Shown here: positions 28,905 through 37,461 of the stretch, piece after piece
Numbering within the stretch: position 1 is the first letter of the stretch
How the letters are laid out: each line of letters opens with the position of its first letter
Source of the DNA: Candidatus Nomurabacteria bacterium
Lineage (GTDB): Bacteria > Patescibacteriota > Minisyncoccia > Phycocordibacterales > UBA10002
Reading direction: 5' to 3'
DNA: 64,000 nucleotides
Assembly (NCBI GenBank): GCA_943349725.1
Contig: CALQZP010000001.1
Coordinates: 5,401-69,400, forward strand
The notes under the pieces: model-generated
The model's database searches: none
What the model was told of the DNA's origin: nothing
The model's input: only the letters and a program-made list of their open reading frames with translations
Made by a program: the position numbers and the translations under genes

Positions 28905-28915
28905 AACACTAGAAG

Positions 28916-29131
28916 TTATATCACATCCTTTAAGGAGCGCCCTCTTTTGAATCTTCCCTGCGCAAAATCCCTTTGGCTTCTCATGACAGACTGGTATAAC
29001 TGCTCTTCTTCCCAAGCTCTCACCGCGTCCCTGAAAAACTCGCTAACGGAAGCGTAATTGCCTTCTTTAACCGCTATGTCCACATTGCGCTTGAGTGAAA
29101 CCGGCATTGAAATGTTTAGTGTTGTTCTCAT
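28916..29131 (-). CDS. ribbon-helix-helix (CopG/ParD-like) DNA-binding protein
   Basis: 72 aa from the internal Met; MRTTLNISMPVSLKRNVDIAV is a beta-strand then helix-helix RHH pattern. Confidence 0.5.
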   Translation of the reverse strand: MRTTLNISMPVSLKRNVDIAVKEGNYASVSEFFRDAVRAWEEEQLYQSVMRSQRDFAQGRFKRGRSLKDVI

Positions 29132-29185
29132 ACAAGAAGTGTAGCAAATTGTGCTACAGGCCGTCAAACAGCATCTTCCTAACAC

Positions 29186-29226
29186 AAAACCGCCCCGATG
29201 TAACATCGGGGCGGTTTTGTTTTTCG
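29186..29226. terminator. bidirectional Rho-independent terminator
   Basis: Stem ccgccccgatg / catcggggcgg with an A-run upstream and ttttgttttt downstream. Confidence 0.7.
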
Positions 29227-29266
29227 TGTGCGAAGAGAGAGATTTAAAACACACGACCACTCTGCA

Positions 29267-29373
29267 CTTGCCCTTCCGTAGCTTTATGCGTAGGAGGGTT
29301 TTCCGGGCTTGTGACCGACACCTCTATTTTGCTTATTCGCGCTTGCCCGTCCGTAGTTTTATACGTAGGAGGG
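29267..29373. repeat. two direct repeats of about 32 nt (cttgccc-tccgtag-tttat-cgtaggaggg) spaced 75 nt apart
   Basis: Seen directly at 29267-29298 and 29342-29373, at the boundary of GC-rich island B. Confidence 0.55.
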
Positions 29374-29493
29374 CGAATAACAGCATAGATGTGGCTGCAT
29401 TAAACTAGGCGCTGGTTCTTATTCGGAAACATGGTGCGCCAACCAATGTCGTTCGAGCCGTCGGGCGAACCTGCCCCGCAGTCTTTCCTGCTG

Positions 29494-29700
29494 TCAGTCT
29501 CGGGAGAACTTCGCGAACAGGATAGCCACAAAGGCCAGCCCAAGCTCCGCCCACATAAGGAGCATCGCTTGGTTCCAGTACGCTCGGAACCCTTCCGAGA
29601 ACGGGGTCGGCTCCTGCCAGAGAATCACTGCTTTCATGGCCATTAAGCCAAGAGAGACAGCGACAATCGCGCGAGCCAACCCAAGGAACAACTTTCTCAT
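29494..29700 (-). CDS. small hypothetical membrane protein (island B)
   Basis: 68 aa, two TM helices, strong GGAGGTG RBS. Confidence 0.45.
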   Translation of the reverse strand: MRKLFLGLARAIVAVSLGLMAMKAVILWQEPTPFSEGFRAYWNQAMLLMWAELGLAFVAILFAKFSRD

Positions 29701-29895
29701 TTTTTCACCTCCTTCCGAGAATTTGAGGATTTAAACCCAATGAACCCGCGACAATCTTTCAGTCTGCGAGCTCAATAAAGTGGAGAATTTTATAACCCAC
29801 GCGAGATTCTTCCGAAACTCGCAACCTTGTCGAGCACCAATATCTTTTGGTGCTCGACCTGCGGACTATTAAGGGAGGTCCGCACTCCGTGTTTG

Positions 29896-30231
29896 TTATT
29901 TTTCCACCCAAGCTTTTGCGGCTTCGAGAGCCGCTTCGGCATCGGCGAAAAAACTCTGGTCGTTTTCGTTGCGCCAGAGTTTGAGAGACGACGTGGCACC
30001 TTGGAGCGCCACAATCATCTCGTTTTCACTGACCCGCTCTCTGGTCCAGTGAGCGGGGGCAGGGTGGGGCAGTCTTTCGAACAGTCCATCTCCGCCCTTA
30101 ACCCCCGTGATCTGGAATATCCGCTCTCCCACGGACCATTCCAGTGCTTTCCGTTCTCCCTCCACCCAGACACGGAGGAAGGCGAGGTCGTGTTTTGTCA
30201 TACACGACCTCAATTGGCCCAACTCCATTGC
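29896..30231 (-). CDS. hypothetical protein (island B)
   Basis: 111 aa from MELGQL; overlaps the upstream gene by about 20 nt (operon-like). Confidence 0.4.
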   Translation of the reverse strand, partial: AMELGQLRSCMTKHDLAFLRVWVEGERKALEWSVGERIFQITGVKGGDGLFERLPHPAPAHWTRERVSENEMIVALQGATSSLKLWRNENDQSFFADAEAALEAAKAWVEK

Positions 30232-30446
30232 CCGACCGGAACCTCCATCTCCACGAGGAGACGTCCGGCCTGGCATCGGATGACAAGAGTTGCCTCGTCA
30301 TCCTTGAGCCAAATTTCTTCGTCCGGAATTTGCTCCGGACGAATCCCAAGTTGCCCAGTCGCCTGAGCAACTTTTCCGGCCATCGCCTGCCACGCGGCGA
30401 TGGCATCCGTGGTTAGAACCACGGACCCCATGTTTATTTTTTTCAC
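30210..30446 (-). CDS. hypothetical protein (island B)
   Basis: 78 aa, GTG start with AAAGGAGG RBS 5 nt upstream. Confidence 0.45.
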   Translation of the reverse strand: MKKINMGSVVLTTDAIAAWQAMAGKVAQATGQLGIRPEQIPDEEIWLKDDEATLVIRCQAGRLLVEMEVPVGQWSWAN

Positions 30447-30522
30447 GGGGTCCTCCTTTCACTTAAATTTTCTTCCTACTCTCCCACAAAACCATTGTCT
30501 TGCGAGAGTGATAAGAAGGTGA

Positions 30523-30543
30523 ACGCCGTATCGTTCACCAAAA
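30523..30543. repeat. palindrome gtgaacgccgtatcgttcac, third copy
   Basis: Same palindrome as in the 8691 and 9528 repeats. Confidence 0.6.
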
Positions 30544-30600
30544 CCCTAAACCTTTTCTTTTTGAATGTTGCACCGAATACGGTCGGCGTTTTATTCTTTA

Positions 30601-31275
30601 CTAGGAATTACAAAATTCCTGGTAGGCCGTTTTTGCCTCCGATTCAAACATGGTGATGGAGCCGAGACACCCATCGTAGGTGCCGCAGATTTCTACCCAT
30701 GCCGGAATCGGCAGTGACACTACCTTCTCCGGTGTTTCAATCTCCCGCACCTGCGGAAACTGCGCCGCTTTTAGGCGGAACATTTCCTTCATCTGCTGAG
30801 CCGAAACCCAAAAAATACTGGGTCTGAAGCTTACACTGACCCGACTTGATCCGACTATCGGCTCAATGAGGATATCGAACCTGATAGAATCCGGCCACAC
30901 TAGGGTCTCTGGGTTTTTATAGCCCGGACCGGACGCGCGGCCATAGAACCCCACGGACGCCAGCTCCTCGGGAGTGAGGGGAACTGCACTTCTCGCCGAG
31001 AGCTCCCTTCGCAAGGCGGCTTCCCACTCTTCGTACTTTCTGCCACTCCCTCCGTCAGGAACCGGCCCATTAATCTCAACGAGCAACTTGCTCGCTGAGT
31101 CGTCCAGCCCCGAAGCGACTGCTTCTTCGGCTAGATGGGTGCATTCGCGCCCCATGTGATACGCGGCAAAGAGCGCCGCGTGAATTGTTGATTTAATCCC
31201 ACTTTTCTTGGCAGCAGGTGAGCCGGTTTTGTTTGTGTTGTTCATAGCAACCTGCTTCCGATAATTCGGAAACAT
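30601..31275 (-). CDS. hypothetical protein (island B)
   Basis: 224 aa ORF; the likely true start is MNNTNK at 31245, which has a GGAAGCAGG RBS. Confidence 0.45.
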   Translation of the reverse strand: MFPNYRKQVAMNNTNKTGSPAAKKSGIKSTIHAALFAAYHMGRECTHLAEEAVASGLDDSASKLLVEINGPVPDGGSGRKYEEWEAALRRELSARSAVPLTPEELASVGFYGRASGPGYKNPETLVWPDSIRFDILIEPIVGSSRVSVSFRPSIFWVSAQQMKEMFRLKAAQFPQVREIETPEKVVSLPIPAWVEICGTYDGCLGSITMFESEAKTAYQEFCNS

Positions 31276-31496
31276 ATTGCTATGAACAACGACTCTATGA
31301 GCCGACCAACACTATTGCCCGGCTCAATAAAGTCCAGCACAACCGACCAAGGAAGTGCTGGGTAAATGTTGGAGAATTAACCCATTCTTTCTGAACAATT
31401 CTCCTTTTGTTCATAAAGTCACAAGAGCCCGCAATACCGCTCTTGCATAACTTCTACCAATCACGCATTGCGACGCGTGTCCGATTTTAGTCGGGA

Positions 31497-32474
31497 TTAT
31501 TTGAGATGGCGGGCCACCACCTCGACCACCTGCTCGACCGTCAGGGTCGAACTGACTCCTTGCGGAGAACCCCCAATAGTCGGCGACCCGCCCCAGCCGG
31601 GTTCAAGCCCCGCCAACTCGGCGAGTGCTGCTTTGATGTCCGCGAACCTGGCCGCCTCAAACGCGCACACCGTAAACTTACGGTGTGGTTCGCCCACACC
31701 GAGCTTGAAACTCGGATTGAGGGCGACCACCACAGGGGCCAGGGAGTACCCGACCATCGTGGCGGCACGATGAGTGGACTCCACGACAGCAATTTTGTCG
31801 TCTGCCGTGGTCAAGTGTTTGATGGCACCCGACTCCAGCGCGCCGACCATCTCGTCGCGCTCCTTCTCCACCTGCTCGCGGTAGCGAGCAGGTTCCTCGC
31901 CGGTCAGAAGCCACTTTTCCATCGTGGCGACCCGCTCGGCGAACGGGACCTTGAAGTCCGCCACCGCCGCGTTGATTGCGGCGAGCGGACGAGAGCTTTC
32001 GGCCGAGGCGCTCTCCTCCGGCCACGGATTGTCCGCGGTCGGAAGCGGTCGAGGCCCGGGATAACCACCCCAAGCAAATTTATCGGCCTTGGCGACCTTT
32101 TTCACCTGCTCCTGGCAAAAAAAAGTTGGCATATCACAACACCCACCACTGCTCTCCAACAGATGGTGACGAATCCCAATGACTGACATTGCCCCGACGG
32201 AGTCCAGATCGGGTCGCACGGTGGCCAGCGTTGTCCATTCCGCCGGCATTTCAATGCCGATCACGACCTCGATGGCCGACCTTCCAGCGTTTCCGCCGGT
32301 GTGTTGGGGGTCAATGTTCCCCAGTGAGCACCGTGCCGCCAATGCGGGCACGGTGACCTCGATCCCGAGAACCGGCCCCGATGCAAAGATCGCGTCGTTG
32401 GCCGCTTGAGCGGATGGGAGGTTTCGGGGATCCAGCACCGCGAATTTATAATTCTTCATAACAATTTCACTCAT
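31497..32474 (-). CDS. hypothetical protein, 325 aa (island B)
   Basis: Long GC-rich ORF with conserved-looking Gly-rich segments; no family recognised. Confidence 0.45.
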   Translation of the reverse strand: MSEIVMKNYKFAVLDPRNLPSAQAANDAIFASGPVLGIEVTVPALAARCSLGNIDPQHTGGNAGRSAIEVVIGIEMPAEWTTLATVRPDLDSVGAMSVIGIRHHLLESSGGCCDMPTFFCQEQVKKVAKADKFAWGGYPGPRPLPTADNPWPEESASAESSRPLAAINAAVADFKVPFAERVATMEKWLLTGEEPARYREQVEKERDEMVGALESGAIKHLTTADDKIAVVESTHRAATMVGYSLAPVVVALNPSFKLGVGEPHRKFTVCAFEAARFADIKAALAELAGLEPGWGGSPTIGGSPQGVSSTLTVEQVVEVVARHLK

Positions 32475-32849
32475 CTCAAAATAAAAACAAAGCTGTATCA
32501 GTTTTTTCGATACGGTCTTTGTCTTTCATACTGCGCGGGTTTCTATGTCGCGCAAATATGTCATCTCGAATTTTTCGACAAGTGAGCGGGGGTCTAGACT
32601 GTCCCCATTCACTGGTCGAAGTAAGTGAAATTACTATGAATACCTGTCTACAGACCGGCAAAATTTGTCGGCCTGATAAACAGGAGAAGTTTTTAACCGA
32701 AAACTTCTCCACATAACCCTTGCGATTATTTTTCTCGGGAAATCGTCCTTCCCAACGCACTGCATGCGAGGCTCACGCTTTAAAAAGGTGACAACAATTA
32801 GTGCTTCTGTAGCGAAAGTTGCACTATCTTTCGGATGTCTTTCCATCAG

Positions 32850-33185
32850 TCAGTCGAAAGGCTCGAGTCTTCTCAAGACTTCCAACATCCCCTTTACCGG
32901 TTCGGGGAGGACTTGGTTCTTCACCTCAAACCCAGGTCTCGGACTCTTAACAAGTCCGTTCTGGATTTTTATGAAAGTGACATTGTCCACTTCCATAGTC
33001 CTCTCCCCGCTCTGTAGGATTATAACCACTTCATTTCCATGAAGTATCTTATAATCCCCAGAGACGGTGTTTTGGATCAGTAGTCCAAAACCTCCGGCCA
33101 GCCTAAGCTGACTAGGGGTGAAAACTTTTCCTCCCTCCCGGCATGGGATGAGAGTAAAGTTTTCTTTAGATAAGAAAAATACCAT
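32850..33185 (-). CDS. hypothetical protein (island B)
   Basis: 111 aa ORF, beta-rich composition. Confidence 0.35.
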   Translation of the reverse strand: MVFFLSKENFTLIPCREGGKVFTPSQLRLAGGFGLLIQNTVSGDYKILHGNEVVIILQSGERTMEVDNVTFIKIQNGLVKSPRPGFEVKNQVLPEPVKGMLEVLRRLEPFD

Positions 33186-33326
33186 TTATGGTATCCTCCT
33201 CCCGTTTTTTTCACTGAAACGGCAAGCTTTCGACCTAACTTTCAAGCCTCGCCAAACAGCTCACACTTTGTAACAGGCAGTGAGCGCCTTTGTCCTTCCT
33301 ATTCCCACGGTGCGGGAATAGGAACA

Positions 33327-33740
33327 TTACGAGATGAGGACCCCCTCAATCTCGCTCCTGGCCACCGCAAAAGCGTCGGCGTCACAAACCCCGGTCTCCT
33401 CCGGGATTTGCCGTAGGAATTCCTCGTACCTCGAAAAATTCTTTTGGTCGAGACTTTTTGCCTCGACCAACCACAACACGCCTACGCGTGTGTGGATTTT
33501 AACCGCGGCCATAAGGCCGCGGCCGCTCATCGACTTCCACCTGAGCATTCTCAGGTTTCGTTCGGTGAACTGCATCCATGAAAAACCAGTTGAACGGTTT
33601 TCATGGTTTTCGGGCTCCGAACGCCCATTCCACAGCCTATCGGCTCCTTGGTGTTCGGTCCCAACAAGAACTTTGTCGGTGGGGGCATCGGCCCCCAGTT
33701 GATTGCACGCCATGCGACTCAAATCGCATAGCGACGCCAT
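33327..33740 (-). CDS. hypothetical protein (island B)
   Basis: 137 aa from MASLCDL; carries the same conserved 5' leader as 8788-9393 and 33938-34564. Confidence 0.45.
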   Translation of the reverse strand: MASLCDLSRMACNQLGADAPTDKVLVGTEHQGADRLWNGRSEPENHENRSTGFSWMQFTERNLRMLRWKSMSGRGLMAAVKIHTRVGVLWLVEAKSLDQKNFSRYEEFLRQIPEETGVCDADAFAVARSEIEGVLIS

Positions 33741-33937
33741 TTTATAATTTTCACACTTCCTTTCTGGCGTTACACGCGCCAAAAGTTTTCTTGATGGGCC
33801 AACGACTTTTCCGCACACACGGAGAATTGCAAGCCCAATAAAGGGGAGGAACGAAAACCCTTTCGTTCCTCCTTTGAAACCTTAACCTTTTCGCACCTTT
33901 AAAAGTGCGAGCGCGTTTTAGAAAACGCGCAAAATGT

Positions 33938-34564
33938 TTACACTCTCACCGCTTCTGGGTGGAGTGCCCAGTACTCGGCCGTACTGGAAAGTCCCAGCTC
34001 CGCCGGAGGCGGGTTGACGAGAAGCTCCTCGACCGTCGGGAGCAGCTGCCCCTTCCCCTTTAGTGACCGCGGGATCTCCGCGACCACAAACCCTCCCCGA
34101 ACCAGCGCCTCTTTGTTGAGGTGCCGATTGACCGCAGCGAGCGGCCAATAGGGGTGGATTGGGGAGGGAGAAGGCTCCCACTCCCCGTGGAGCTCATCCC
34201 AGAGCTCCGATAGCTCCCACTCCCCAGGAGCCTCGTGCTCCCGAGAGTGTTCCACTCGGCCGACTCGATTGGCCCGCTTCGTCATCGCCATGGCCGTCTC
34301 CACCCGGAGGAGCGGTGCCGGTATGCATAGCTTTTCGTTTCCGCCCGGCAAGCGGAGAACGAAGAGGTCGTAGTACGCCTGGTCGGCGAAATGACCCTCG
34401 TCGTCCTCAGTTTCGAGGTCGACGACGAGTCCCTGCGCCTCCTCGTTGCCCCTGAAAAGGGCTTCGAGAAGAACGCAGAAAACTGCGTTGGGGAGGGAAT
34501 AATCTTCCCCTCCCCCAATTGTCTTCGCCCTGTCTGCAAGGGCGAAAAGTTTTTTAATGTCCAT
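33938..34564 (-). CDS. hypothetical protein, GC-island paralog family (copy B2)
   Basis: Paralog of 8788-9393 (DIKKLFALADRAK...LCIPAPLLRV...ELWDELHGEW...PLAAVNRHLNKEALV). Confidence 0.65.
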   Translation of the reverse strand: MDIKKLFALADRAKTIGGGEDYSLPNAVFCVLLEALFRGNEEAQGLVVDLETEDDEGHFADQAYYDLFVLRLPGGNEKLCIPAPLLRVETAMAMTKRANRVGRVEHSREHEAPGEWELSELWDELHGEWEPSPSPIHPYWPLAAVNRHLNKEALVRGGFVVAEIPRSLKGKGQLLPTVEELLVNPPPAELGLSSTAEYWALHPEAVRV

Positions 34565-34745
34565 ACTTCCTTTCCGGCGCGACACTGCGCCAAACAGCTT
34601 TCTCTATAGGCCGACGATTGATTCCGCACACACGGAGAATTGCAAGCCCAATAAAGGGGAGAAGTTTTTAACCAAAAACTTCTCCCATAACCCCATGCAA
34701 CAATTTATCCATCTAATGGAAAGGAAGTTGCTCTTCCTTTGCGCT

Positions 34746-35552
34746 TCAGCTTTCCACCGAAGCGGCGACCTCTTCCCGCGTAGCGGGAGGAGTGTAGTTT
34801 TTCTTGGCGGCCTCAATGGCCGCCAAGATTGCATCCACACCTACCGGATTTCTAAATCCGGTGTAGGTGAGGAGCAACCTCGCCTGAATGGCGGGGGAGG
34901 TTCTGACCTCCCGCCCACCAACTGAGGAGAGAACCTCCTCCATGCTGTCCTCTGACAGCCCCTCGGCTGTCAGCTGTTCCCGAGTGACCGTGAGGTCCTC
35001 GGGAAGATTTTCTACCGCCTCCTTGTGGCGGCAGGGAGGGCACTTGCCCTCCAACTTGATGACAGGAAGCGCGTGCGCGCTCCCTTCCGTCCCTTCGTCC
35101 TCCCCCACCCGGAGAAGGACGAACTCCGACAGCGTGGACCCGCAGTAGGTGCGGGTCCAGCAAAAGCCTGCCTTAGGAGTAGGCAGGCTTTGGGGTTCCC
35201 AGTAGCCGTTTAGGACGGCTACTGGATTTAGAATCGCGTGGCCACCCACGCGACCCGACCAGTTCCAGAGTTGGAACTCGATCGGGTTCACCGGCCGCCC
35301 TTCGGCGGTGGTAAACCCCGTCGCCACCGACCCAACCCCACCCATGGTGAGGAAGAGAGTGGCGATTTCACACGCCGTGGCCAAGGCCTCGGCGTTTTCG
35401 ACTTTCTCCACCCGGAACTTCCGGGTGGATTTCCCGCAACAGGAGCATGTGCGCTCCATGATGCGGGCGTTTACGACGTCCCCGTCTGCGGGGACGTCAC
35501 CGGTCCAGAGTTTGCCGGGGGAACCGATCCCCCGGCGAATTTTAACAATCAT
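34746..35552 (-). CDS. hypothetical protein with Cys clusters (CSCCGKS, CPPCRH), island B
   Basis: 268 aa ORF; possible zinc-binding motifs. Confidence 0.4.
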   Translation of the reverse strand: MIVKIRRGIGSPGKLWTGDVPADGDVVNARIMERTCSCCGKSTRKFRVEKVENAEALATACEIATLFLTMGGVGSVATGFTTAEGRPVNPIEFQLWNWSGRVGGHAILNPVAVLNGYWEPQSLPTPKAGFCWTRTYCGSTLSEFVLLRVGEDEGTEGSAHALPVIKLEGKCPPCRHKEAVENLPEDLTVTREQLTAEGLSEDSMEEVLSSVGGREVRTSPAIQARLLLTYTGFRNPVGVDAILAAIEAAKKNYTPPATREEVAASVES

Positions 35553-36136
35553 TTTTCCTTTCCGGTGTATCTCTACACCTTTTTTGTTTTTTTATTTCTT
35601 CGAACCCATTCGGATCCAAAAAAACGGAATCGTCTTTGCGATCCCTCTTACCCCACCAACCTTAAGTCTTTCGATCTATCAATAAGTGGGGCGAAGAGGA
35701 ATAACATTGCGGAACGATTTGTTCCACGTTTTCCTAATTCGCTATTCTGTTTTCAAAGTTCATCCTTACTCTCTCCTTTCACTTCCGCGCAACTCTCTCT
35801 TCCTTGCCCGAACAAGTCTTCTTGTTTTAGGGTAATTCAGATTGCGTGGCTTCCTGGTGTAAGGACATTTTGGAATACAAAGCGGGTTAGACCTTATATT
35901 CCATCGATGTCCTTGCGAGCCTTCTCGCGAACAACGTGCGGTGAGTTTGCCTGTAGGCATAGCTCCTTTATTTGGGTAGGTTTCGAAGCCACACAAATAT
36001 AGAGCACTCACCATTCGAAACGAGACTTTCATAAGCTTGCTTCTCTCCCCACTCTCTCTTCTTTCTACGCTTAGTCCCTTGCGGGAAGGTCGTAGTACCC
36101 TCGAGCACTAACTTGTGCGTGCGCTATAATTGCAAT

Positions 36137-36391
36137 ATGTATTATGTATACTTTTTGCAAAGTGGTGTTGGTAAAACCTATATCGGCTATACCAACGACC
36201 TGAAGCGCAGACTCGCACAACATAACTCCTCGCAAAGTACCTACACTCGAAATCAAAAGTGGCGACTTGTGTACTACGAAGCTTACGCTTCTAAAGCTGA
36301 TGCCGTGTGTCGAGAAAAATGTCTCAAGCAACGCGGTCAAGCTGTACGCCAACTTAAAGATCGTGTATCTGAATCTTTACGCACAAGTTAG
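36137..36391 (+). CDS. GIY-YIG nuclease family protein
   Basis: MYYVYFLQSGVGKTYIGYTNDLKRRLAQHN is a canonical GIY-YIG (URI) motif. Confidence 0.75.
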   Translation: MYYVYFLQSGVGKTYIGYTNDLKRRLAQHNSSQSTYTRNQKWRLVYYEAYASKADAVCREKCLKQRGQAVRQLKDRVSESLRTS

Positions 36392-36648
36392 TGCTCGGCT
36401 AGAGGCGGGGAGCAAACTTATGGCTATCTCCTCAATGAACCATTCGACAAGCTCATGGCAAGCTATCTGACTCACCCATTCACCTGTCTTTACTCTCTGG
36501 GCAAAATAGTACAGGTTTTCTTATGTTCTGTCAATTATCTATGTCAGATAAGCCTATTTAGGCGTAACACACTCAAAAATATGACTTATCCACAGTCTAT
36601 ATTTGTCATAGATTTGTAACAAAAACAGATTAATGTTAGGATAGCTCC

Positions 36649-37461
36649 ATGGAAAATATACAATATGAAAAGTTTTTAGGGGAGCTTGGACTCAACAAAG
36701 AGCAGTCACTCGTCTACGAATCGCTCTTAAAAAACGGGCTTATGCCCGCTAGAGTTGTAGCCCAAAAATCAGGGGTCAAGCGAAGTCTTGCTTATAAAAT
36801 ATTAGAGCAGCTTATTTCGCTTGGTTTGGTGGAAAAAAGAGACAATATCGGGAAAATTACCCTGTTCTTCCCTGCCCACCCGGGCAAGCTTCGAGAATTC
36901 CTGCAAAAGCGCGAGGAAGCCATAAAAACCGCCGAGGCTTCGCTCGGCGGGATTATGGGGAAAATGGTGTCGGACTTTAATTTGCTTTCAGGAAAACCCA
37001 ACGTGCAATTCTACGAAGGGCCGGAGGGGATGAAAAAGGTGTTGGAAGATTCTCTTTCGGCGGAAAGTGAAATCTATTCATATTCTGATGTTATTTCGGT
37101 ACAACAATATATCCCCACTCTTAACACCGAATACATGGCCAAGCGGACCAAATTTAATGTAAAGAAAAAAATACTTTTTTTTGATTCTAAAGAAGCACGC
37201 GCTCTTCTTCCTAAAATATACAAACCGGATATCACGGAATATAAATTCATTCCGTTCAAAACGGAACCGCCTCATACTGTCATGCAAATGTATGACAAAA
37301 AAGTATCGTACATCACCCTTGCCAAAGAACAAATGATCGGCGTCATCATTGAGGACGCGAATATTTATTCACTTCATAAATATCTCTTTGAACACCAGTG
37401 GAGTACTAGTCCCGAACTCCCAATAGGAGCGGTTTCTGCGGTCGAGAAAACTCTTCAATAG
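36649..37461 (+). CDS. TrmB-family transcriptional regulator
   Basis: 270 aa; N-terminal winged HTH (LNKEQSLVYESLLKNG...ILEQLISLGLV) and TrmB-like C-terminal domain. Confidence 0.6.
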   Translation: MENIQYEKFLGELGLNKEQSLVYESLLKNGLMPARVVAQKSGVKRSLAYKILEQLISLGLVEKRDNIGKITLFFPAHPGKLREFLQKREEAIKTAEASLGGIMGKMVSDFNLLSGKPNVQFYEGPEGMKKVLEDSLSAESEIYSYSDVISVQQYIPTLNTEYMAKRTKFNVKKKILFFDSKEARALLPKIYKPDITEYKFIPFKTEPPHTVMQMYDKKVSYITLAKEQMIGVIIEDANIYSLHKYLFEHQWSTSPELPIGAVSAVEKTLQ

